From positions 1-23,640 of the forward strand of contig JALGVJ010000048.1 of assembly GCA_029838195.1 (NCBI GenBank): a stretch of DNA of 23,640 nt, read 5' to 3'. The stretch's first letter is position 1; each line of letters opens with the position of its first letter. Shown here in pieces: positions 8,260 to 17,026 of the stretch. A model generated the notes under the pieces. The model was given only the letters and a program-made list of their open reading frames with translations. It made no database searches and was not told the origin of the DNA. Source of the stretch: Promethearchaeota archaeon. Lineage in GTDB: Archaea > Asgardarchaeota > Lokiarchaeia > Sigyniarchaeales > SOKP01. The position numbers and the translations under genes are program-made.

Positions 8260-9425
8260 AAGGGATATGGATCTTTACCTAAAATTAATATTTCCGTCCA
8301 AAGACTCCCGCCGAATCCCATGGCGAGGGCCGTTTCTACATCAGGCACTTGGCGCTTTTCACCCCTTCCCATGACTTGAATCGCCGCTTCTGCAACTCGA
8401 ACAAGGGCCGTGGCCCCAATAGGATTAGTACTTAACACGCCTCCGGAAGGATTGACGGGCAGTTCTCCGCTCATCTGTGTGATTCCATCGTCCAATAACT
8501 TACCGCCTTGCCCTCTTTCTGCGAAACCCAACGCTTCCGTCCAAGATAATTCTGCCCATGAAGTAGGCTCATAAATTTCGGCAACATCCAAATCTTTAAC
8601 CGGGTCTTTTATACCTGCCTTTTTATACGCTTCTCTTGATGCAATAGTTGCAGTAGGAAGGTCATACATTATGTCATCGGTTCCAAAAGTATAATAATGG
8701 GCCGTAGCAACGGATTTAAACCAAGCAGGATTATCAGTTATTCTTTTCGCTTCCTTTTCATTCGCATAAATGACCGCACACGCTCCCTCGCTCTGAGGAC
8801 AGCAGTCATGCAGGCGAAGGGGATAAGAAATCATTTGAGAACTCATGACATAATCAATGGTAATGTTCGGCATTTGGAGATGGGCAAACGGATTGTTAGC
8901 AGCGTTTCTCCTATTTTTTACCGTGACTTTTGCAGCTTGTTCGGGTGTTATTCCATATCTATCTGCATAAATATTTGCCATTAAAGCAAGGGGGCCTAAG
9001 GCACCCGCAAGAGAAGGGCGTTCCCATACAGGATCGAAAGCCGTGATGATTCCTGTCGTAGCCCCACCTTCATTTAATTTTTCCCAACCTACGACTAGGA
9101 TATTTTTGTATAATCCGGAAGCAATGCTGTAATATCCGCAAATGGCAAGAGATGAGCCTGTTGTGCCCCCAGTGGCTACTTTAACCACGGGCTTTAAATA
9201 ACCAGGTGCTGCATCTATTCCACACCACATTTCTGAAAAATTAATTCCTTCGAAATGATCCATATTTCCGATTAATATAGCATCAACATCTTTTGGTTCC
9301 ATCTGGGCATCGTCCAGTGCCATTTTTACCGCCTCATAGATCATCTCGGGGATATTAACATCCCGTCTCTTGCTTCTAAACTTAGTTTGTCCAATTCCAA
9401 CGACTGCAACATTATTTTTAGGCAT
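8253..9425 (-). CDS. Thiolase-fold (SCP-x type) protein, Ltp3-like putative retro-aldolase subunit
   Basis: VAVVGIGQTKF, NPSGG and GATALVR motifs. The nucleophile loop reads KVATGGTTG (no Cys); AEIYEP and STNPIG replace the usual His-containing motifs. The N-terminus resembles actinobacterial Ltp3 as recalled. Confidence 0.85.
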   Translation of the reverse strand: MPKNNVAVVGIGQTKFRSKRRDVNIPEMIYEAVKMALDDAQMEPKDVDAILIGNMDHFEGINFSEMWCGIDAAPGYLKPVVKVATGGTTGSSLAICGYYSIASGLYKNILVVGWEKLNEGGATTGIITAFDPVWERPSLAGALGPLALMANIYADRYGITPEQAAKVTVKNRRNAANNPFAHLQMPNITIDYVMSSQMISYPLRLHDCCPQSEGACAVIYANEKEAKRITDNPAWFKSVATAHYYTFGTDDIMYDLPTATIASREAYKKAGIKDPVKDLDVAEIYEPTSWAELSWTEALGFAERGQGGKLLDDGITQMSGELPVNPSGGVLSTNPIGATALVRVAEAAIQVMGRGEKRQVPDVETALAMGFGGSLWTEILILGKDPYPLR

Positions 9426-9427
9426 AC

Positions 9428-10585
9428 TTAATATTCACCTCCAAAGATTAATACACAATTGCCTTGGGAACATATACCATTCATTCCATTTGCCAAGCCG
9501 ATTTTGGCATCGGGGATTTGCCGTTTTCCTGCCTTTCCCATTAATTGTAGAGCTATTTCGGCTACTCGAATTAATCCATTGGTCATAGCAGGATTGCTGG
9601 AGAGAACGCCGCCGGAGGGATTGACCGGGATGTTTCCGTTCATTTCCGTTTCTCCGGCATCCATGAATTTTCCTCCTTCTCCCTTGCCGCAAAACCCTAA
9701 TGCTTCATAGCTCATTAGCTCGTGGACAGAAAAGGCATCATAAATTTCTGCCACATCAATTTCTTTTACGGGGTCATTAATTCCCGCCATTTTATAAGCC
9801 TCTTTTGCCGCCAATTCTAATCCGATTAAGTCCGTCATAGTTCGATGTCCAAGGTAATAGGCATCCGTGCAATTCGCATAACCTTTTAGCCATACGGGAT
9901 TATCCGTGAATTGTTTGGCAACCTTCTCATTGGCTAATAATATGGCGACAGCTCCATCAGAAAACGGAGGGAATTCTAACTTTTTCAACGGATAAGCCAT
10001 CATTGGGGAATTTAAGACATCATCCACAGTGATTTCTTGCTGTAAATGGGCAAATGGATTATTCAAGGCATTTTTTCGGTTTTTCACCACGACTTTTGCT
10101 GCTTGTTCTTCTGTAATGGTTCTATATTTGTGCATGTACATATTAGCCATTAAGCCAGCTGCTGAAATCTGATCGAGTCCTAAATGCCGTTGATAATAGG
10201 GGTCGAAAATGGAATTATTGATCAGATATTGATCTCCTTCGGAACATTTCGAGTGCGAAACGACCATTACCGTGTCATATTCTCCCGATAAAATTCTCAT
10301 TGCTCCATACACGTAGGCAAAGGCACCATCTCCGGAAACGCGAGATTCTGATTTTTTCACGGAGCCTACAGCGTCTTGGATTGCCATGTTGGCGATGGTG
10401 CGTCCATCATTGAAGTCGTTGGAACTTGTAATGACGCTTCCAACATCATCATTAGTAATCCCTAACGAGTCATGGAGTTTCTTGACCACTTCGAAAACCA
10501 TTTCCATAATTGTTTGATCTATTTTATTTTCTTCGTATTTTGTTTGGGCGACTCCCACAATAGCTACTTTTCCTAAATTTGACAT
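9428..10585 (-). CDS. Thiolase-fold (SCP-x type) protein, Ltp4-like subunit
   Basis: VAIVGVAQTK, DFNDGRTIAN, ESRVSGDGAFA (no Cys; compare Ltp4 ESHVEMDAAWA as recalled), AEIYDAF and NPSGGVLSSNP. Confidence 0.85.
   Translation of the reverse strand: MSNLGKVAIVGVAQTKYEENKIDQTIMEMVFEVVKKLHDSLGITNDDVGSVITSSNDFNDGRTIANMAIQDAVGSVKKSESRVSGDGAFAYVYGAMRILSGEYDTVMVVSHSKCSEGDQYLINNSIFDPYYQRHLGLDQISAAGLMANMYMHKYRTITEEQAAKVVVKNRKNALNNPFAHLQQEITVDDVLNSPMMAYPLKKLEFPPFSDGAVAILLANEKVAKQFTDNPVWLKGYANCTDAYYLGHRTMTDLIGLELAAKEAYKMAGINDPVKEIDVAEIYDAFSVHELMSYEALGFCGKGEGGKFMDAGETEMNGNIPVNPSGGVLSSNPAMTNGLIRVAEIALQLMGKAGKRQIPDAKIGLANGMNGICSQGNCVLIFGGEY
9435..9442 (-). promoter_or_regulatory. Shine-Dalgarno GGAGGTGA for the gene starting at 9425
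   Basis: Minus strand reads GGAGGTGAATATTAAGTATG, with only 2 bp between the stop and the next ATG. Confidence 0.75.
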
Positions 10586-10710
10586 TTTGGTTCAATTTTT
10601 TAAGATTATTTTTATTTCCCATGAAGAATATAGTTAAATTGATTTTTTGCTATATTTAAACTTTGTATTTCATCATGCTGAATATTTTACATTAGTATTA
10701 AAAAAGAAAG

Positions 10711-11736
10711 ATGAATTCTTTTGATCGGGTCCATGCAGCCTTAAAGAGAGAGCCGGTGGATAGACCTCCTGTTTTGCCCCATGTGGGAGATCATGCCGGC
10801 ATTATCAATGGTTTATCTTATACTACAATGTACACGGATGCCGGAAAAGCTGCTGGCGCCCACTTAAAGGCGTTAAAACTTTATGGATATGATCTCATTA
10901 CCTTTCAAGTAGAACCGAGCTGGCCCGTGGTAGAAGCTTGTGGTGCGAAAATCTTTTTTCCGCCGGATAAAAATCCGTGGATTGTAAAACACGTCATTAA
11001 TGAAGAGAAAGATCTTGAAAAATTAACAATACCCGATTTCATGGAACACGCGAGTTCCTCAGTGATGATTAAATGAACTGAAATCCTTTCGAAAAATGCA
11101 AGCGTGCCGGTAGTAGCGTACATACCGGGTTCCTTAACTTTTTCCATGCAACTCATGCCCTATACACGGGTAATTAAGCTCATGCTGAGAAATCCTCGAT
11201 TCATACATCAACTCATTAAAAGAGGAATTTCCATCATTCGAGCATATTCCAAGCTCATGGAAGAAGCGGGAGCGACCATTTTTATTGTCTGTGAGCATGA
11301 CTTGCAGCTGATTCCGCCTTCCCTTTCAAAAGAATTTAGCATGAATTATCTTCCCAAGCTTCTTGACATTTTTGATTTTAACGTGTTGCATGCGTGCGGA
11401 AAAGTTTCCCCTCATCTTGAATATTTCAGCGAAGATTTTAAGAAAATAAAGAATTTAAATGGCATTAATATAGGAGCAAGCGTCAATATTACACGGGTTC
11501 AAGAATTAGTCGATCATGAGATTGCTATTGCAGGAAATATTGACCACGTGCGATTACTTCCCTTGGGTACTCCGAGAGAGGTTAAATTAGCCGTCCGTGA
11601 GGCTATAAAAGCGAATAAAGGGCTTGAAGGATTCATTGTTGCTCCAGAATGCGAAATAACGGCAGATACGCCCGTTGAAAACGTGAAAGCTCTCGTTAGA
11701 GGGGCTCGAACATGTCCTTATCGTGAAACACATTAA
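10711..11736 (+). pseudogene. UroD/MtaA-CmuA family corrinoid methyltransferase interrupted by one in-frame TGA (nonsense allele or read-through)
   Basis: ORFs 10711-11076 and 11104-11736 share a frame and are joined by MIK*TEILSKNASVPVVAYIPGSLT. Motifs PVDRPPV, LHACG (HxC), IAGNID, GTPREV and IVAPECE give a full-length family member of about 341 codons. Confidence 0.8.
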
Positions 11737-11818
11737 ATCACTAATCTTGATATAATAGATTCCCTTCATTTTTGATTACTTGTGTACTGAATTCGTGGAG
11801 ATTCCCGTGGCCAAGTAT

Positions 11819-11872
11819 AATTAGGATAAGTTTCCTAATCTTTAGATTATAATCCTAATTTTTTTATAAATA
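11819..11872 (+). promoter_or_regulatory. Palindromic operator-like cluster plus TATA-like box upstream of the corrinoid protein gene
   Basis: AATTAGGAT 11819-11827 pairs with ATCCTAATT 11852-11860; ATTAGGA-N6-TCCTAAT at 11820-11839; TTTATAAATA at 11863-11872. Confidence 0.5.
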
Positions 11873-11927
11873 TCTAGGCTATTTTTCCCTAACTAGAAAT
11901 TTTGAACAACAAGATTTGGGATAAAAA

Positions 11928-12551
11928 TTGGAAGCAATTACAAATGTCATAACTAATTTAGAAGAAGAAAAGGTTTTGAAATTAGTAAAAGAAAAAATAG
12001 AAGCGAATGAAGATCCCATTGCCATTTTAAATGCTTTACGAATAGGCATGTCCAAGATAGGAAGTGAGTCGGGCGAAACTGTCTTCTTAACGGATTTAAT
12101 CATGGCGGGTGAGATTTTTAATGAAGCCATAGAGTTCTTGCTACCTAAACTTCAAGGTTCTGCTACTCAGACCATGGGGAAAGTCGTGATCGGAACGGTA
12201 AAGGGTGATATTCATAATATTGGAAAGGATATCGTAATAAATTTCTTGAAAGCAGAAGGATTTGAAGTAATAGATTTAGGCGTGGATGTGCCTCCGGAAA
12301 ATTTCGTGGAAGCAATCAAGCAACATAAACCATCCGTGGTAGGAATGAGCGGACTCTTGACGCTCTCTATTGAACCCATGAAAGAAACTATAGAGGCGAT
12401 TAAGGGCGCAAATTTGAGAGAAAAAGTAAAAGTCATTATTGGCGGGGAAAGAACGGATGCTTCAGTATGCGAATACGTGGGAGCAGATGCTTGGACAAAT
12501 GATGCCGTTGAAGGCATTAACATGATTAAAAAGTGGGTAGGAGGTGCATGA
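11928..12551 (+). CDS. Cobalamin-binding corrinoid protein (MtbC/MttC-like)
   Basis: N-terminal cap domain (FLTDLIMAGEIF), DxHxxG motif GDIHNIG, plus MSGLLT and IIGG; TTG start. Confidence 0.95.
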   Translation: MEAITNVITNLEEEKVLKLVKEKIEANEDPIAILNALRIGMSKIGSESGETVFLTDLIMAGEIFNEAIEFLLPKLQGSATQTMGKVVIGTVKGDIHNIGKDIVINFLKAEGFEVIDLGVDVPPENFVEAIKQHKPSVVGMSGLLTLSIEPMKETIEAIKGANLREKVKVIIGGERTDASVCEYVGADAWTNDAVEGINMIKKWVGGA

Positions 12552-12554
12552 GTC

Positions 12555-13811
12555 GTGAATGATACAGAACAATTAATTAAAGAAAAAATCGAGCGGTTGG
12601 AAACAACGGTTACGGTAAAAGAGCCCGATAGAGTTCCCATTGCTATCGCAACTACATATTTTCCGGCAAAATATGCTGGTGTTAGTTATCATGACATGTT
12701 TTTCAATAACCGAAAATATATTGAAGTAGGAACAAAATTCGCACGAGATTTTAATTGGGACGGGCTTAGCTTGCTCCGTTCCTTTGAGAGCGTTCCCTTA
12801 GGACTTGCCCTAGCGGGTCATGATGCGGATTTGGCGATTTTGGTCGCGGTGTCTTCAGTATTAGCCGGAGGGGCTTCTCATGATATCTTAAAGGATAATT
12901 ATTCTTCAATGCCTGGAAGAGAATTGGGAGAAAATGTCGAATGCCAGTGGGTTATTAAAGGAGAGATAATGAAAGCAGAGGAATACGATCAGTTTATTGA
13001 AAGCCCATTTGATTATCTGATGGGATCCGTTATTCCACGTGCCTATAATAATCTTGCCAATTTTAGTTCTCCTGCGGCAGTGGGTTCTTTATTAAAAATG
13101 GGACAAGAAGTGGCGAAATTCCCGGGATTTTTAACACAATTTATTGGAAAAATGAGACAAGAAGCATGGCTTCCCTGGTATTATGCTTTAGCACCCAATC
13201 CTTTAGATTTCATGGGCGCTTTTTTGCGTGATTTTGACACGCTCTCCTTGGACTTATATAGAATGCCCGATGAGGTGAAAAAAGCGTGTGAAATTTTAGC
13301 CCCGGTGTTAGCTGCAATAGGAAAATTAACTGGTAAAATATCGTTAGAACTCACGGGCTCACGACGCGTGTTTTGCCCAATTTGGTACAACACGTACTTG
13401 TCTCCGGATAAATTTAAAGAATTTCATTTCCCTTATATTAAACAGATTGTAAATGAATTAATAGAAGCGGGTTTCACACCGCTCATGAGCTTGCAAGGAA
13501 GGAGTGATCATCTCTTAGAAATTTTAAAAGAGCTTCCAGAACGCAAGGTGATTTTATGGTTTGATAAAACGGATTTGGTTAAAGCAAGAGATGTTGTCGG
13601 CGATGGTTATTGCCTTGGAGGAGGTGTTCCCTCTTCATTATTAATCGGAGGAACTCCAGAAAAAATAAAAAATCACGTCATAGAACTTTTTAATAACTTA
13701 AAAGCAGGCGGGGGGTTAATAATCTCTACGGAATTCAATGGAATGGGCGATGCTAAGTTAGAAAACGTGAGAGCCTTGACCGAAACCGTCATGAATCAAG
13801 GAAGATATTAA
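12555..13811 (+). CDS. UroD/MtaA-superfamily protein, probable corrinoid-dependent methyltransferase
   Basis: EPDRVPI, DLYRMPDEV, LSPDKFKEFHFP, GGGVPSSLLIGGTPE, GGGLII and KLENVRAL. GTG start 3 bp after the corrinoid gene stop, with a GGAGGTG SD. Confidence 0.88.
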   Translation: MNDTEQLIKEKIERLETTVTVKEPDRVPIAIATTYFPAKYAGVSYHDMFFNNRKYIEVGTKFARDFNWDGLSLLRSFESVPLGLALAGHDADLAILVAVSSVLAGGASHDILKDNYSSMPGRELGENVECQWVIKGEIMKAEEYDQFIESPFDYLMGSVIPRAYNNLANFSSPAAVGSLLKMGQEVAKFPGFLTQFIGKMRQEAWLPWYYALAPNPLDFMGAFLRDFDTLSLDLYRMPDEVKKACEILAPVLAAIGKLTGKISLELTGSRRVFCPIWYNTYLSPDKFKEFHFPYIKQIVNELIEAGFTPLMSLQGRSDHLLEILKELPERKVILWFDKTDLVKARDVVGDGYCLGGGVPSSLLIGGTPEKIKNHVIELFNNLKAGGGLIISTEFNGMGDAKLENVRALTETVMNQGRY

Positions 13812-14044
13812 TTAAATAATTAAAAATTTCCTTTTTTTGCTCAATTTTATTCTTGCTTTTTAAAAAAAGATTGAATTATCCATTAAAGCGATGAATGTTT
13901 TCCAAGAAATGATTTTAAGCTTGATTTTAAAAAAATTCGTGTTCACGTATCTCAAGAACGAATTTCGATGAAACATGTTTATGTGTTTGGATTTTATATT
14001 AGAATTATATCGATAAAAAAAGAACTGAGTTTACCTTCACGTAT

Positions 14045-14620
14045 TCATTTAAAACACGCTAATCCAAATCTATAGGAGTATTTTTCCGAGGGGTATTTAA
14101 TATTAATCCTCGAACTCTTTACTAATTCTAATACGGTTCTTATAACCTCAATACCCACCGCTTCCATGGAGTACCGTTTTTCCAAGGGAAATCGACAGGG
14201 TTTTCCATCATCAAATGAGCATTTTCCTTCTCCCGCGAGCAAGCAATATCTACACGTTCCATCCCATAAAATGAGCTTTTTTTTATACGTTTTTCGGTAT
14301 TGTTCCAGAAATGTGTTGATTTCTTCTTCAAGATTGTTGAGGATAAAATGTTTTCTTAGCATGAACATGCTTTTAATATAAAAGATTGAACGATTGGGAT
14401 GTTTTTTTTTTTGTTTTTGAATGTAAGACTCTAAATCGAATCTTGAGTAAATAAGATAAAATTCTTTATAGGAGTTTAATTGTTTTTCAAGATACGGGGC
14501 ATTTGGAGGGCAGCTCCACGAGTGATTATAAAACGGACATTTGAAACTCGGAGAAATGCACATTTCTTGCACTTTTGGATTAAAAAAAATATCATCACGC
14601 TCAATTCGCACGTAAGGCAT
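14045..14620 (-). CDS. DUF2284 Cys-rich metal-binding protein
   Basis: C-x5-CPFYNHSWSCPP, GTCRYC, PCRFP and RYSMEAVGIEV motifs. Confidence 0.88.
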   Translation of the reverse strand: MPYVRIERDDIFFNPKVQEMCISPSFKCPFYNHSWSCPPNAPYLEKQLNSYKEFYLIYSRFDLESYIQKQKKKHPNRSIFYIKSMFMLRKHFILNNLEEEINTFLEQYRKTYKKKLILWDGTCRYCLLAGEGKCSFDDGKPCRFPLEKRYSMEAVGIEVIRTVLELVKSSRINIKYPSEKYSYRFGLACFK

Positions 14621-14963
14621 GCTTCCAATCCCAGTTTATCTCATTTCTCTTATTAAATAAATTGAATAGCGAATCTTCAGATAAAAACTTGTTTAAAAAT
14701 TCTAATTAAATCCAGTGGTTAAAATATTATTAATTCTCGAGGATTAAAAGAGCCAATTAAAGTTTAATGGCAGGTTTATAAATTATGAGCTCCATCTTGT
14801 GTAAAAAATGGAAGGAAATTACCTCTTCTTTATCTCACGATCCTTTTCCGTCCTTCCCGAGGCTCTTTTAAAACGTATGCATTATTTAAACGATGTTCAA
14901 GAGAGAGCCTCTCACGTGTTCGAAAAAATCTATAAATACATATAAAATCCTTATAAAATTATA

Positions 14964-15779
14964 ATGAAAATAGAGGATTTTGAAGATATTAAATACAAAA
15001 AAGAAGAAAATGGAATATGCACCATCACGTTTAGTCGTCCAGAAAGGAGAAATGCAGTGACATACGTGAGCTTCTTAGAAATATATCATGCCTTAGAAGA
15101 CATGGAAAAAGATAAAAAAGCTCACGTGCTCATCCTCACGGGAGACCCGAAAGGGAATGCGTTTACTTCAGGAGGTTATTTTACCAAGGACATGTTTGAT
15201 AAGTTAAAAGAATATCCCGACATTGATTTAATGGATATCGCTCAGAAAAAATTGTGTTTAAAATTATGGGATTTCCCGAAGCCAGTAATCGCCGCCATTA
15301 ACGGATTAGCCATCGGAGGAGGAATCACGTCATTATTAGTAGGAGCAGATTTAATCTACATGTCAGAAGATGCATGGTTAGGATTTTACTTTGTTAAAAG
15401 AGGGATTATACCGGAATTTGCTAATTCTTTCATTCTTCCCTTCCTATTGGGGTTCCAAAAGGCAAAAGAAATTTGTTTTTTCGGGAACAAGATCACTGCC
15501 CAAGAAGCATTAAAATTAGGATTAGTTAACGCAGTCTTACCGCCAGAGAAGCTCATCCCATTTGCTAGGGAACAAGCTCTTAGATTAATTCCTCCCCAGG
15601 GACCTAGTATTGCCATAAAATTAATGAAAAAAACCATTCATGCCTACTTCAGGGACATTTTATCAGATACATTAGATAGGGAAAATAAAGCATTAAGAAA
15701 ATGTTTTACCACGCATGATTTTAGAGAGTCCATGAAAGCATTAAAAGAGAAGCGAGAGCCCGTTTTCATGGGAAAGTAA
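14964..15779 (+). CDS. Crotonase-family enoyl-CoA hydratase/isomerase (isomerase-type active site)
   Basis: TITFSRPERRNA, AFTSGG, PKPVIAAINGLAIGGG, GIIPE, ALKLGLVN and EKREPVFMGK. Confidence 0.93.
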   Translation: MKIEDFEDIKYKKEENGICTITFSRPERRNAVTYVSFLEIYHALEDMEKDKKAHVLILTGDPKGNAFTSGGYFTKDMFDKLKEYPDIDLMDIAQKKLCLKLWDFPKPVIAAINGLAIGGGITSLLVGADLIYMSEDAWLGFYFVKRGIIPEFANSFILPFLLGFQKAKEICFFGNKITAQEALKLGLVNAVLPPEKLIPFAREQALRLIPPQGPSIAIKLMKKTIHAYFRDILSDTLDRENKALRKCFTTHDFRESMKALKEKREPVFMGK

Positions 15780-15823
15780 AGGAACACGCACCTCTAAAAA
15801 ATGAAAAAAAATGGGCATGAAAA

Positions 15824-17023
15824 TTACCCCATGGTTAGATCTAGTTCCAAATCAGAAAGTGGATAAGAAATACAAGGGTGAATAAAGCCAATCGCTTGAT
15901 CCACTTCCCGAATAACTACTTGAGGAGGAGTGAATACTTTACCAGAAATGAGTTTCGTGCGACAAAAAGCACATTCACCGCTCCTGCATGCACTCCTTAA
16001 TTGTAGTTCTGACCTCATTTCTCTTTCCAAGCTATTTAATAACGGTTCCGTACATGGCGCTTCAAAAGTCTTTTCTGTTTTCATGCCTGATTTGAAATAG
16101 TGAACTCGTATTTTTACCCGACTAGAATGATCTAACGTGCTGGGCCATCCTATAATCTGGGTTATGTCATCGGGAACGCCAAACGCTTCAAATTTTATGC
16201 GGTGCTGAGGAACTCCCAAATTCTCTAATTCTTTCTTAATGAATTCATGCATTGCCCGATTTCCCACAATATAAAAATATTTCTTTCCAATAGAGCCAAT
16301 CTTGCTTGAAATAATTTCCTCGGTGATGAATCCGCAGTCTCCCTTCCATTCAGGCCCAGGTTCTGATAAGATATAATGAACGTTAATATTATCCCTCCTT
16401 GAGGCTATATCTTCTAATTCTTCCCGAAATAAGATGTCCTCTTCAGTTACGCATCCGAAAATCAGCCACACTTTTAGATCTAATGCTTTTTCAGAAATAT
16501 ACCGCAACAGCGAAATGAATGGCGTGACACCACATCCTCCCGCAACGAATACCAATTCTTTTCCGTGAAATAGAGGATTGTAATACAACGTCCCTAAAGG
16601 TTCCGTTGCCTCTATAATATCGCCCACTTTTAGCTCATTAAAAATATAGGTACTTACAAATCCGCCTTCTTTTTTTCGAATACCTAATTCATAGTAAGCT
16701 AATTGATTTGGAGAGGAAACTAAAGAATAGGGGCGAGTGGTCCGCACGCCATTAATTTCGACGGTTATGCCCACGTATTGTCCCGCTCGAAAGGGAGCCA
16801 AGGGCTGATCGGCTCTTGCAGACACGAGGCGATATAATTTAGTATCCCGAGAGAGCGGTTGAATATCAGTCACGCGTAATACTTGCTTGAGAGGATGCAG
16901 TCTATTACTCAAATTTTCCAACCCATCATGATACCACGGAATGGGTTGAGTCTCGTCTCTCCATTTTTTTAATTTCTCCGCTTGCTGATACTTTTTTACA
17001 TCTTTCATTATATCATCTTCCAC
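15824..17023 (-). CDS. FNR-type FAD/NAD(P)H oxidoreductase with C-terminal [2Fe-2S] domain (KshB/PaaE/Hcr-like)
   Basis: FRAGQY, RPYSL, GGFVS, AGGCGVTP, KFEAF, then CRSGECAFC...HPC; GTG start 3 bp after the upstream stop. Confidence 0.92.
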   Translation of the reverse strand: MEDDIMKDVKKYQQAEKLKKWRDETQPIPWYHDGLENLSNRLHPLKQVLRVTDIQPLSRDTKLYRLVSARADQPLAPFRAGQYVGITVEINGVRTTRPYSLVSSPNQLAYYELGIRKKEGGFVSTYIFNELKVGDIIEATEPLGTLYYNPLFHGKELVFVAGGCGVTPFISLLRYISEKALDLKVWLIFGCVTEEDILFREELEDIASRRDNINVHYILSEPGPEWKGDCGFITEEIISSKIGSIGKKYFYIVGNRAMHEFIKKELENLGVPQHRIKFEAFGVPDDITQIIGWPSTLDHSSRVKIRVHYFKSGMKTEKTFEAPCTEPLLNSLEREMRSELQLRSACRSGECAFCRTKLISGKVFTPPQVVIREVDQAIGFIHPCISYPLSDLELDLTMG

Positions 17024-17026
17024 GCT

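Noticed and set aside
7290-10585. Mevalonate-pathway thiolase/DUF35/HMG-CoA synthase complex
   Set aside because: No HMG-CoA synthase in the window, and both thiolase-fold proteins lack the catalytic Cys.
13891-13912. SECIS-like ATGA...TGA downstream of the methyltransferase cassette
   Set aside because: The intervening stem is only about 4 bp, far shorter than a SECIS helix, and the site lies two genes downstream of the TGA-containing gene.
13933-13965. Hairpin AAATTCGT...ACGAATTT between convergent genes as a terminator
   Set aside because: Short AT-rich stem with a long loop; not distinguishable from chance in this composition.
14760-14870. Cobalamin riboswitch upstream of DUF2284 (minus-strand GGGAAGG and ACCTGCC)
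   Set aside because: The other conserved elements (5' GGGAA-GGTG-AATCC, GCCACTG before GGGAAG, AGxCAGxAGACC) are absent or out of order.
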